A DNA stretch of 64,000 nucleotides from the NCBI GenBank assembly GCA_038852315.1, contig JAWCKF010000001.1, forward strand, positions 23,542-87,541, read 5' to 3'. The notes beneath the pieces are model-generated. The model had not been told where the DNA came from. It saw nothing but the letters and a program-made list of their open reading frames with translations, and made no database searches. Below are positions 19,757 through 31,342 of the stretch, piece by piece. Source of the stretch: Thermoplasmata archaeon (lineage in GTDB: Archaea; Thermoplasmatota; Thermoplasmata; UBA10834). Both the position numbers and the translations under genes were made by a program. Numbering within the stretch: the stretch's first letter is position 1; every line of letters begins with the position of its first letter.

Positions 19757-21403
19757 TTGGGCTTCGACATAGGCATTCTCGGCGGTCGGATAGTCGACGG
19801 TGCCGGCAACCCTTGGTACTATGCTGACCTGGGAGTGAAAGGCAAGAGGATAGCGAAGATAGGCAGGGTCGATAAGAGGGACTGCGACCGTGTCATAGAC
19901 GCGAAGGGGCTGTATGTATGCCCCGGGTTCATAGACATACACACCCACTCTGACATCACTGCGATCCTGTACCCCGGGTGCGACAGCACCATCAGGCAGG
20001 GCGTGACTACGCACCTGATAGGCAACTGCGGGGAGTCGGCAGCGCCCCTCCGCGAACCATACGTAGACCTTTGGATGAACTACTGGGGCGTGTGGGCAGG
20101 CACGATGAAGGACTGGAAGTGGCGCACTTTCGCCGAGTACCTGGAGTTCCTGGAGAAGAGGGGTGTGGGACACAACATCGCCGCGCTGGTGGGCCACAGC
20201 ACCGTCCGGACCGCGGTGATGGGGGCAGAGCGCCGCGCGCCCACTGCAAAGGAGCTCAAGCTGATGAAGGAGCTCGTCGAGGAGGCGATGCGCGCGGGCG
20301 CTTTCGGGATGTCCACAGGCCTCGTGTACCCGCCAGGATGCTTCGCCAAGACGGACGAGATAATCGCCCTGGCGAAGGTGGTCGCCAAGTACGGTGGGAT
20401 ATACACATCTCACATAAGAGGCGAGAGAGAGACCGTGCTCGATGCCATCAGGGAGGCCATCCGGATAGGGGAGGAGGCGGGCGTGAGCGTCGAGATATCC
20501 CACAACTGCCCGAAGATCGGGGCCTGGGGCTGGACCGACAAGACCCTCGGGCTGGTGGAAGATGCCAGAGAGAGGGGGCTGGAGGTCACCGTCGACAATG
20601 ACGTGCACACTGATCTGGCCCCGAACCTGAGCAGCGCGCTGCCGCAGTATCTGCATGAGCTTAACAAGGACGCGCTCATCCAGCACCTCAAGGACCCGAA
20701 GAACAGGAGGCGCATCAAGAGGGAGATAATCGAGGACAAGCTGCCTGCCTTCGGGCCGTCAGGCTTGCTCAAACACAAGAGGTTCGACAGGATATTCCTG
20801 CTGGATGTGCCGAGGCAGAAGGGGCTGGAGGGCAAGACTATAGCGCAGATAGCCAGGCAGCGCCGCCAAGACCCCTTCGAGACATACTTCGACCTCATAA
20901 TCGAGGAGGACGACAAGATAGTGGCGATATTCGACTACATCCTCGAGTCGGACATAAGGGCGCTCCTTGTTCATCCCCTCGTGATGGTGTCCTCCGACTG
21001 CTCGACGCAGTCCCTCGACGGCGTGAAGGACGGCAAAGGCCCGTACATCCCGTGTGCGTACGGCGAGTACCCCGGCATATTCGAGCGGTACGTCCGGGAC
21101 GAGCCCGTACTCACGATACAAGAGGCCGTCAGGAAGATGACCAGCTTCCCCGCGCAGAAGATCGGCCTGCTCGAAAGGGGCCTCCTCAGGCCGGGGATGG
21201 TGGCCGACATCACTGTCATAGACCTTGCAAGGATCAAAGACAGGGCGACGAACCTGTGGCCCCACAGGTACCCGTTCAAGAACTACCCGCACAGATACCC
21301 CGAGGGAGTGCCATACGTCATCGTGAACGGCGTGGTCGCCGTGGATGGTGGGGAGCAGACGAAGGCGCGCGCAGGCGAGGTCCTGAGGCACGACTGGCGC
21401 TAG
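19757..21403 (+). CDS. N-acyl-D-amino-acid deacylase (D-aminoacylase), amidohydrolase family
   Basis: PGFIDIHTHSD, GVTT..GNCG, GMSTGLVYPPG, SHIRGE, RKMTSFPA, VIVNG. Confidence 0.9.
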   Translation: MGFDIGILGGRIVDGAGNPWYYADLGVKGKRIAKIGRVDKRDCDRVIDAKGLYVCPGFIDIHTHSDITAILYPGCDSTIRQGVTTHLIGNCGESAAPLREPYVDLWMNYWGVWAGTMKDWKWRTFAEYLEFLEKRGVGHNIAALVGHSTVRTAVMGAERRAPTAKELKLMKELVEEAMRAGAFGMSTGLVYPPGCFAKTDEIIALAKVVAKYGGIYTSHIRGERETVLDAIREAIRIGEEAGVSVEISHNCPKIGAWGWTDKTLGLVEDARERGLEVTVDNDVHTDLAPNLSSALPQYLHELNKDALIQHLKDPKNRRRIKREIIEDKLPAFGPSGLLKHKRFDRIFLLDVPRQKGLEGKTIAQIARQRRQDPFETYFDLIIEEDDKIVAIFDYILESDIRALLVHPLVMVSSDCSTQSLDGVKDGKGPYIPCAYGEYPGIFERYVRDEPVLTIQEAVRKMTSFPAQKIGLLERGLLRPGMVADITVIDLARIKDRATNLWPHRYPFKNYPHRYPEGVPYVIVNGVVAVDGGEQTKARAGEVLRHDWR

Positions 21404-22477
21404 CTACAGCTCGTACCTACGGTACTCGTTCTCGCAGGGGTTGCCCGCGCATATCCATGCGACCCTGTTGGTGAGGTCGAACGCCACCGAGAGGATCGTC
21501 TGCGTCTGGTCCTCCTCTCCCAGATTCGGATCAGGGTGGCGGCAGATGGATTCGGGATAGCCTACATGGTCTGATAGGACCTTCTTGAACGTGGAGAGGT
21601 CCACCCTCCCCAGCTCCTTCCTGAATAGCTTTTTGGCCCGGTTGTACCTGACGATAGATGAGAATCTCGTATGCATGTTCTCCTCGAACTTCCACATCTT
21701 CGGGGACAGGTAATGATTGGTATGGATCAGCCAACCATCTTCTGCATATATGGCGTCGAAGGTCGTCGCGGAGCCTTCGAGGGAGTATATCTCACCGTTC
21801 GAGTCGCAGACGATGTTGTTGAAGCTGTGCCCCCGCCCCTCGGGCATCGCAGCCTGAAGCGCCTGATATATGCCCTTCTCCCTGAGCACCTTCCGGCAGG
21901 GGATCATCTTAGGTATGCCGATGCGCGTGTCGTTCGGCACTAAGGCGTTACCGGTTAGGCTTATGCCGGCGGCGTTCATCCCGGCAGTCGGTTCGAGTCC
22001 GGCGTAGCAAAGGCCTATGAATCCCGGTTCATCCTTCGGCTTGATCCTGGCGATGGATATGTCCTGGAAGTTGTAGGGTGCCACATCGTCGTTGTGCACC
22101 GCATACACACAGTCGTCCTTGGTCCACTCCGAGTTCACCGCGATATCCGTGCACCCCCTCCCCTTGCCGTACCACGGGAAGTCGACCTGCATCGCCCAAA
22201 CGATCTCGAACTTTATGCCCGTGCCCTCGGCGAACCCCTCGAGCTCCTCGACGTATTCCGGGTAGAACTTCTCGGATGCCGGCAGAGTCCGCTTCGCGTA
22301 TGCGACCGCTTTCTCGAGCGTCATACCTGGCACCTGAGCCATTTGCGCCTTGAAGCGCCTCTCCATCCGAAGCGCCTGGTCCCTGCACTGCTTGCCTATC
22401 GACAGTCCGATCTGACGGTGGCTACCCGACGCGGAGACCTCCCTGAAGGCTTTCGCTCCATTCTTGCCCTGCACCAA
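21404..22477 (-). CDS. Peptidase C45 (Ntn hydrolase; acyl-CoA:6-APA acyltransferase-like)
   Basis: Autocleavage GCT motif, HNDD, GMNAAGI, HTNHY, SICRH. Confidence 0.85.
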   Translation of the reverse strand: MVQGKNGAKAFREVSASGSHRQIGLSIGKQCRDQALRMERRFKAQMAQVPGMTLEKAVAYAKRTLPASEKFYPEYVEELEGFAEGTGIKFEIVWAMQVDFPWYGKGRGCTDIAVNSEWTKDDCVYAVHNDDVAPYNFQDISIARIKPKDEPGFIGLCYAGLEPTAGMNAAGISLTGNALVPNDTRIGIPKMIPCRKVLREKGIYQALQAAMPEGRGHSFNNIVCDSNGEIYSLEGSATTFDAIYAEDGWLIHTNHYLSPKMWKFEENMHTRFSSIVRYNRAKKLFRKELGRVDLSTFKKVLSDHVGYPESICRHPDPNLGEEDQTQTILSVAFDLTNRVAWICAGNPCENEYRRYEL

Positions 22478-22618
22478 CGCACCTCCCTCTACTAGACATC
22501 AGTGCTTGTTCACAGGGTCGGGGTATATTGTATGGAATAATTCAACGGTACGGTACGCCTGCTTCCGTCCGCGTTCGCAGAAGAAGTTTTATGATGGTAA
22601 TAGGGCGTGCGAGGGACC

Positions 22619-22810
22619 ATGCCCAAAGTGGAGTTGGAGTACAAGTGCAAGAAGTGCAAAGCCGTTTATCCGGCCACCGTGAACTACACTGGCGACATCG
22701 AGGAGCTCGACCTGGAGGAGAATCAGTCTAGGTGTCCCTTCTGTGGTGCTTGGAACTGCGCGGATCCAAAATCAGTTGAACAGGCGATCAGAGACGCTAA
22801 GGCTGCATGA
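22619..22810 (+). CDS. Small zinc-finger protein (63 aa)
   Basis: YKCKKC ... RCPFCG; GAGGG SD before ATG. Confidence 0.7.
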   Translation: MPKVELEYKCKKCKAVYPATVNYTGDIEELDLEENQSRCPFCGAWNCADPKSVEQAIRDAKAA

Positions 22811-23044
22811 GTCTTCAGCCTGCCTGACGGCGTGTGCGGCGACAGGCCCGCTCCCTAAGCCATCAGCCTGCTCGGACGCGTTCTTCGAGACAGCACTGGC
22901 GAGCTATCCAGACAGTCCGTAGCGCACACCATCTTTGCGGAAACCATATATATAATGAAAGTATGTGTCCACGCCGTGATTGCCCGCCTGTCGTTTTAAT
23001 ACGGGCGGCAAAGGAGAAAGGAAAAAGAGAGGAGGAATTGCCTG

Positions 23045-25612
<2,568 letters not shown>

Positions 25613-25634
25613 GCTGGGCAGGCGAGAGCGCCAG

Positions 25635-25670
25635 AAACCCCTTTGAGAAACCTCTTATCCTTCTATCACC
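25635..25670 (+). terminator. Pyrimidine-rich putative terminator/attenuator between the binding-protein and permease genes
   Basis: AAACCCCTTTGAGAAACCTCTTATCCTTCT shortly after the stop. Confidence 0.35.
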
Positions 25671-25834
25671 TCGTTCATCGCCGCTCACCTCGTGCTCCGT
25701 TCATCTCTTACTCCAGCAGCCGCTATGGTTTGCCCAGCAGCACCTAGGTGCGAGGTACGCCAGACGTGTAGAAGGGAAAAGGTAGAAATAGGTCGAATCG
25801 GCGTACCGCAGAAAGCGACACCAGGTGGTAGGAA

Positions 25835-26851
25835 CTGCAGCTGCTGACCTACATAATCCGACGATTGCTGCTACTGATCCCAGTTCTCATAGGCGTATCG
25901 ATACTGACATTCGTGATAATGCGATCCGCCGGGGATCCCGTCACCGCATACCTTCAGAATCCGGAAAAGGCAACCGAACGACAGATACAGGCGATAATCG
26001 AGAAGTACCACCTAAACGAACCGAACTACGTTCAGTACTACTATTGGCTCGTCGGTATAGTCCAGGGTGATTGGGGTTACAGCCAGGTGACAAAGCAGAA
26101 GGTCACGGACGTCCTCGGGCAACGTTTCCCTGCGACTTTCGAGTTGGCCATCGTCAGCACCCTGCTCGCCGTCGTAATCGGCATAGCTGCAGGGACGCGG
26201 GCGGCTGTGAAGGCGAACTCCGCGTTCGACCAGGGGGCGCGAGTCGTCTCCCTGGTTGGCGTGTCGATACCCGTCTTCTGGCTGGGCGTGCTATTGCTGG
26301 CGCTGTTCTACTACTACCTCGGATGGGCGCCGGAGCCTGGCAGAATAGACAAACAATTCGACACAGTGCCCCGGTACACCAACTTCCTGATAATCGACAG
26401 CATCCTCAACCTCAACTGGCCAATGCTCAAGAATGTGATAGCACACCTGATACTGCCTTCGATAACCCTTTGCTTCGTATCCACGGCGATAATAGTCAGA
26501 ATAATGAGGTCGAGCATGCTCGAGGTCTTGGGGGCGGAGTATGTCCGCACCGCGAGATCGAAGGGTCTGCCTGAGCGCGTAGTGATAAAGAAGCACGCCC
26601 GAAGGAACGCACTCATACCGACCACTACCGTTGTCGGCCTCAGCTTCGGAGGCCTCCTCGGAGGGGCAGTACTGACAGAAACCATCTACCTGTGGCCTGG
26701 CCTGGGCAGGTTCGCCGCCGATGCTGCGCTGAACCTGGATACCGCAGGCATCATGGGTTTCACAATGCTGACGGCCATCATATACGTACTGGCAAACCTC
26801 ATTGTCGACCTCACATACGCATATCTGGATCCGCGCGTGAGGCTCGGATAG
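25835..26851 (+). CDS. dppB: Peptide ABC transporter permease DppB/OppB (probable CTG start)
   Basis: YIIRRLLLLIP N-terminus, GDWGYS, RFPATFEL, EAA loop YVRTARSKGL, LDPRVR. Confidence 0.92.
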   Translation: MQLLTYIIRRLLLLIPVLIGVSILTFVIMRSAGDPVTAYLQNPEKATERQIQAIIEKYHLNEPNYVQYYYWLVGIVQGDWGYSQVTKQKVTDVLGQRFPATFELAIVSTLLAVVIGIAAGTRAAVKANSAFDQGARVVSLVGVSIPVFWLGVLLLALFYYYLGWAPEPGRIDKQFDTVPRYTNFLIIDSILNLNWPMLKNVIAHLILPSITLCFVSTAIIVRIMRSSMLEVLGAEYVRTARSKGLPERVVIKKHARRNALIPTTTVVGLSFGGLLGGAVLTETIYLWPGLGRFAADAALNLDTAGIMGFTMLTAIIYVLANLIVDLTYAYLDPRVRLG

Positions 26852-26862
26852 CGGGCTGGTGA

Positions 26863-27843
26863 GTGGCAACGACGGCAACGGCGACCAAAGACAGGACAGA
26901 GGCGACGAAGCCAGCAAGCGCAGGCAAGCACCCTCAGAAGCGGGAGGGCAAGATTGCCGCCGCCCTCAGACCGTGGGCTAGGGAATTGAAGTTCGACCTC
27001 TATCTCATGTCCAAGAGCATGACGTCCATCGCAGGCCTCATCCTGCTGGGCGTGCTCGCGGTCCTTGCGGCGTTCCCATGGCTATTCGCAGAGCCCGCTC
27101 CGGGAGCCACCAACCCATATTTCCTGCCGTTCGACCAGTATCAGCCTGACCCACAGCCACCAAGCATGGATTACATCTTCGGCACAGGCAGCTATGGTGC
27201 TGACATTTTCTACGGTGTGGTGTGGGGTGCCAGGATATCGATGAGCTTCGCGATCGAAGTAGTTGGGATATCCATAATCATAGGCACTGTGCTCGGGCTC
27301 GTCGCGGGCTACAAGGGAGGCATAGTGGACGAGATAATGATGCGCATCACGGACGTGTTCCTCTCAATCCCGTCGCTGATACTCATCATGGCAATCGCCG
27401 CTGTCCTGGGAAAAGACCTGGGTTCGACCAAGATCGCGCTGATAGCCGTATGGTGGTGCGGCTACACGAGGCTCGTGAGGGGGCAGGTGCTCTCGGTCAG
27501 AGAGAACACCTACATAGACGCTGCGCGCGCCTCCGGCTCCGGCGAGCTGAAGATAATGTTCAGACACGTTCTCCCGAACTCCTTCCCGCCCGTGTTGGTC
27601 AGCGCCACCATGGACATGGGTACTGTCGTTCTGACCATGGCGGCTCTCAGCTTCCTCGGACTCGGCGCGCCGCCAAGGTACGCCGAATGGGGCAAGATGA
27701 TCTACGACGGACAGCAGTATTTCTACAGAGGCGACTGGTGGATGGTCCTCTTCCCTGGCCTCGCCATACTCCTCTTCGTCATGGCGTTCAATCTGATGGG
27801 GGACGGCCTCCGGGACGTGATGGACCCCAAGATGAGGCGGTGA
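26863..27843 (+). CDS. dppC: Peptide ABC transporter permease DppC/OppC
   Basis: FGTGSYGADIF, GARIS, YIDAARASG, LSFLGLG, GDGLRDVMDP. Confidence 0.92.
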   Translation: MATTATATKDRTEATKPASAGKHPQKREGKIAAALRPWARELKFDLYLMSKSMTSIAGLILLGVLAVLAAFPWLFAEPAPGATNPYFLPFDQYQPDPQPPSMDYIFGTGSYGADIFYGVVWGARISMSFAIEVVGISIIIGTVLGLVAGYKGGIVDEIMMRITDVFLSIPSLILIMAIAAVLGKDLGSTKIALIAVWWCGYTRLVRGQVLSVRENTYIDAARASGSGELKIMFRHVLPNSFPPVLVSATMDMGTVVLTMAALSFLGLGAPPRYAEWGKMIYDGQQYFYRGDWWMVLFPGLAILLFVMAFNLMGDGLRDVMDPKMRR

Positions 27844-27850
27844 TCGTCGG

Positions 27851-29434
27851 ATGGAGGCGAGGGACGACATCCTGGTTGAGATCGACGACCTCTACGTCAA
27901 CTTCTACACGTATCAGGGCATCGTGCAGGCGATACAGGGCGTTGACCTCATCATAAGGAAGGGCGAGACGCTCGGCCTTGTCGGCGAGACCGGCTGCGGC
28001 AAGAGTGTCACGGCGAGCACCATCATGAAGCTCGTGCTCTCGCCGCCGGGCAAGATAGAGGCTGGCAGCATCTACTTCATGGAGCCTCCGGAAGTGCGCG
28101 CGACGAGGAAGGCCTATGAGGCGAAGGCGCAGGAGTGGTGGAACGGCCTCTCCAAGGAACAGAAGGCCAGGATGATGCTCACTCACGGCATGCGCTTCAC
28201 GGGCTTCAAGAAGCGAGTCAAGCCCCTTTCGCCCGCGGAGGCAAAGAAGATGGTTGTCCCTGACAAGGTCCCGAGCAGGGTCGCCGCGATGTACATGGCG
28301 GAAATGGCGAAGAAGCTCCCGAAGACGGACCGCGTCGTCCAGGACGCACTGAGGAAGACCTACGATCTGGTGCCGAAGAGCAACGAGTACATGCAGAAGA
28401 TAAGGGGCAAGTGGGTATCGATGATATTCCAGGAGCCCACAAGCGCTCTGAACCCAGTGTTCACGGCTGGCGACCAGATCGCCGAGGTCATCCTGCTCCA
28501 TCGACGGGCCGAGATGGCTGCCAGGGCACTTAGGCGGATAGATGACGAACTGAAGGTGGCTGCTCAGAAGGGCAGACCCAGGCGTGTCAGGCTGGAGAAG
28601 AAGAAGTTCAAGTGCTCCCAGTGCGGCTCCGTCGTCAAGAAGGATGTCCAGTGGTGCACTTCGTGCGGGCGGCAGTTCCACGGTCCCATCGGGTGGTTCT
28701 TCAAGCAGATGTTCGCCAGGACCACGAGGAAGATGCTCCAGAGGATAGTAAAGAAGCCGGACGCTCCCGAGTTCTACCTGGGCAAGATACCCCTCGTCAA
28801 CCAGTACAAGAAGGAGATGCAAGGCGAGGCGCTCCGTGAGGCCACAAACATGCTCAGGGTCGTCCGCATACCCGACCCGGAAGGGGTCGCTAGGAGGTAT
28901 CCGTATGAGCTAAGCGGAGGGATGCAGCAGCGGGTGATGATAGCGATCGCACTGGCTTGCAACCCCAAGCTCCTGATAGCGGACGAGCCGACGACGGCGC
29001 TCGACGTGACCATCCAGGGACAGATACTGAAGCTCATGAGGGACCTGAAGGCCGAGTTCGGCAGCTCCATACTCCTCATCACGCACAACCTCGGGGTGGT
29101 GGCCGAGATGTGCGACAGAGTGGGAGTGATGTATGCGGGTGACATGGCCGAGGTGGCCCCAGCAAGGATCATATTCAAGGCGCCTCTGCACCCGTACACC
29201 TCGGGACTGATGAAGGCCGTGCCCTCGGTGCAGATGGATGCGAAGGAGCTCTACTCGATCCGTGGATCGGTCCCGAACCTCATAACGCCTCCTCCGGGCT
29301 GCAGGTTCCACCCGAGGTGCGACTACGCCAGGGAGTACTGTACGAGAGTGAAGCCCGAGCTGGTCGAGATAGAGCCCGACCACTTCGTCTCGTGCCACAT
29401 GGTGGCGAAGGCGGAGGGATACGTCCATGGCTAG
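27851..29434 (+). CDS. dppD: Peptide ABC transporter ATPase DppD/OppD with two large insertions (one containing a Zn ribbon)
   Basis: GETGCGKS, IFQEP, LSGGMQQR, IADEPTTALD, C-terminal GCRFHPRC..C..C domain; 527 aa. Confidence 0.9.
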   Translation: MEARDDILVEIDDLYVNFYTYQGIVQAIQGVDLIIRKGETLGLVGETGCGKSVTASTIMKLVLSPPGKIEAGSIYFMEPPEVRATRKAYEAKAQEWWNGLSKEQKARMMLTHGMRFTGFKKRVKPLSPAEAKKMVVPDKVPSRVAAMYMAEMAKKLPKTDRVVQDALRKTYDLVPKSNEYMQKIRGKWVSMIFQEPTSALNPVFTAGDQIAEVILLHRRAEMAARALRRIDDELKVAAQKGRPRRVRLEKKKFKCSQCGSVVKKDVQWCTSCGRQFHGPIGWFFKQMFARTTRKMLQRIVKKPDAPEFYLGKIPLVNQYKKEMQGEALREATNMLRVVRIPDPEGVARRYPYELSGGMQQRVMIAIALACNPKLLIADEPTTALDVTIQGQILKLMRDLKAEFGSSILLITHNLGVVAEMCDRVGVMYAGDMAEVAPARIIFKAPLHPYTSGLMKAVPSVQMDAKELYSIRGSVPNLITPPPGCRFHPRCDYAREYCTRVKPELVEIEPDHFVSCHMVAKAEGYVHG

Positions 29435-30950
29435 CGCGGTCGAGGTCGGTGCGGGGGGCGCATCCCACGACAGGAACCTCATCGATATCGTCGGCCTCAA
29501 GAAGTACTTCCCCATAAGGGGCGGGCTCCTGAAGCGTGCGGTCGGCGCAGTCCGCGCAGTCGACGACGTGACGCTGTTCATCAGGAAGGGCGAGACGCTA
29601 GGACTCGTGGGCGAGAGCGGCTGCGGGAAGACGACCGTCGGCCGGTCAATCATGATGCTGACGCCTCCTACCGATGGCTACGTCTTCTACTGGGCTCCGA
29701 GACAAGTCGTGGCTGACTTCACCAGGCTCCTGAACCTTTGGAAGGGCACCGAGGGCCTGCGTATGACACCCAAGGTGGCCACGCAGCTGTTGGAACTCGT
29801 CGATAGACTTCTGTCGGCGCCCGAGTGCGAGGTCTCGCCCGGCAAGAAGAGGAGCATATGCTCCGACGCCAGGAAGCTGATGGCGCAGGTGTCGGCCGTC
29901 GGGTCCGGCGGCAAGCTGGGTACCAGAGAGGAGGACGTCCGCGAGCTCGTCGAGGAGGCGATTGAGGAGGTCGCCTCGAGGTACTGCATAAACTACAAAC
30001 GGAAGAGCGAGATCAAGCGCCTGAGGGGCAGGGTGCAGTTCGTGTTCCAAGACCCGTTCGCATCCCTCGACCCGAAGATGCTCATCAAGGACATCGTTTC
30101 CGAGCCGCTCAAGGCCCAGAAGAAGTGGCGAGAGTACGCCAACCCCAGGATACCGCTCTCCGCAAGGGACCTGGAGAAGGCACAGGAGTGGTACTCCCGC
30201 CTTTCCGAGAGCGAAAAGAGGAGGGTCATCGCCACGAAACTGGGGAAGGTGAGGGAGGGACAGGGCGCCACAGGGCCTGCGACGCCGCCTGATAGGGTCC
30301 CCGAGGACATCGCAAGGCGGTACCTGTACCTCGAGGCGAAGAACGTGCGGAAGAAGACGATCGCTCTGCTCGAGAAGGTGGGGTTGAACGTTGAGCACCT
30401 CTACAGGTTTCCGCACGAGTTCTCAGGCGGCCAGCGGCAGAGGATAGGCATCGCGCGCGCTCTCTCAGTCGACCCAGAGTTCGTCGTCCTGGACGAGCCA
30501 ACATCCGCGCTGGACGTCTCTGTGCAGGCGCAGATACTCAACATGCTCAACCAGCTCCAGGACGACTTCGGCCTGACGTACCTGTTCATATCGCACGACC
30601 TCAGCACCATAAGGTACATGTGCGACCGCGTCGCGGTGATGTACCTGGGGAAGGTAGTTGAGTACGCGGAGAAGAAGGAGCTGTTCGAGAGGCCGACACA
30701 CCCCTACACGGAGGCACTGCTGTCCGTCATACCCGTCCCCGACCCCGACCTCAAGAGGGACAGGATCATACTCCCCGGGGATGTGCCGAGCCCGGCGAAC
30801 CCGCCCCCAGGCTGCAGGTTCCACACCCGGTGTCCAGTAGCGATTGACATCTGCAGGGCCAAGGAGCCTGAGCTCGTGGACATAGGCGGGGAGCACTTCG
30901 TGGCATGCCATGTCAGAGCACCGAGCAAAGCCACCACAGGAGACAGCTGA
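29427..30950 (+). CDS. dppF: Peptide ABC transporter ATPase DppF/OppF with two large insertions
   Basis: GESGCGKT, VFQDP, FSGGQRQR, LDEPTSALD, GCRFHTRC; 507 aa. Confidence 0.9.
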   Translation: MASAVEVGAGGASHDRNLIDIVGLKKYFPIRGGLLKRAVGAVRAVDDVTLFIRKGETLGLVGESGCGKTTVGRSIMMLTPPTDGYVFYWAPRQVVADFTRLLNLWKGTEGLRMTPKVATQLLELVDRLLSAPECEVSPGKKRSICSDARKLMAQVSAVGSGGKLGTREEDVRELVEEAIEEVASRYCINYKRKSEIKRLRGRVQFVFQDPFASLDPKMLIKDIVSEPLKAQKKWREYANPRIPLSARDLEKAQEWYSRLSESEKRRVIATKLGKVREGQGATGPATPPDRVPEDIARRYLYLEAKNVRKKTIALLEKVGLNVEHLYRFPHEFSGGQRQRIGIARALSVDPEFVVLDEPTSALDVSVQAQILNMLNQLQDDFGLTYLFISHDLSTIRYMCDRVAVMYLGKVVEYAEKKELFERPTHPYTEALLSVIPVPDPDLKRDRIILPGDVPSPANPPPGCRFHTRCPVAIDICRAKEPELVDIGGEHFVACHVRAPSKATTGDS

Positions 30951-31266
30951 CGAGCGCCGTGCCAGGGTATACGCTGCCCGCAGAGACGAATCTCTCGACG
31001 ATGAGCAGGTAGGAAGGTTGGCCCGCAAGCACCTCCCCTGGAAGGACTGGATACTGGCCGACTTCCTCAGGTACTGGTTCTGGCTGGGCGTGCTCGCCGT
31101 CACAACATTCGCCCTGATGGACCTGGCGAGGGCGCTACATCTGAAGGACGCTGTCGGGGTCGCGACCCTGGCCGTCCTCTTCTTGACGGTCATCGTTCTC
31201 GCCTCGATGCTCTATGTCCGCATCTGGCCAAGGGGCATTCTGACCAGGTTCGACCGGAAGAGATAG
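30910..31266 (+). CDS. Hypothetical two-TM membrane protein
   Basis: Two hydrophobic helices; overlaps the dppF end. Confidence 0.55.
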   Translation: MSEHRAKPPQETADERRARVYAARRDESLDDEQVGRLARKHLPWKDWILADFLRYWFWLGVLAVTTFALMDLARALHLKDAVGVATLAVLFLTVIVLASMLYVRIWPRGILTRFDRKR

Positions 31267-31342
31267 GCCGGTGCTGAGGAGCGCCTTTTTCGGGGAGCAC
31301 GGCATACACTTCTCATGCGATCGCGTACGGAGGGAAGGGGGG

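Noticed and set aside
25829..25831. In-frame TAG before dppB as a pyrrolysine codon
   Set aside because: The upstream frame has no DppB-like sequence; the TAG lies in the SD-to-start spacer
27851..30950. Inteins as the explanation for the DppD/DppF insertions
   Set aside because: No C/S start, no HN-C/S/T end, and no LAGLIDADG motifs at the insertion boundaries
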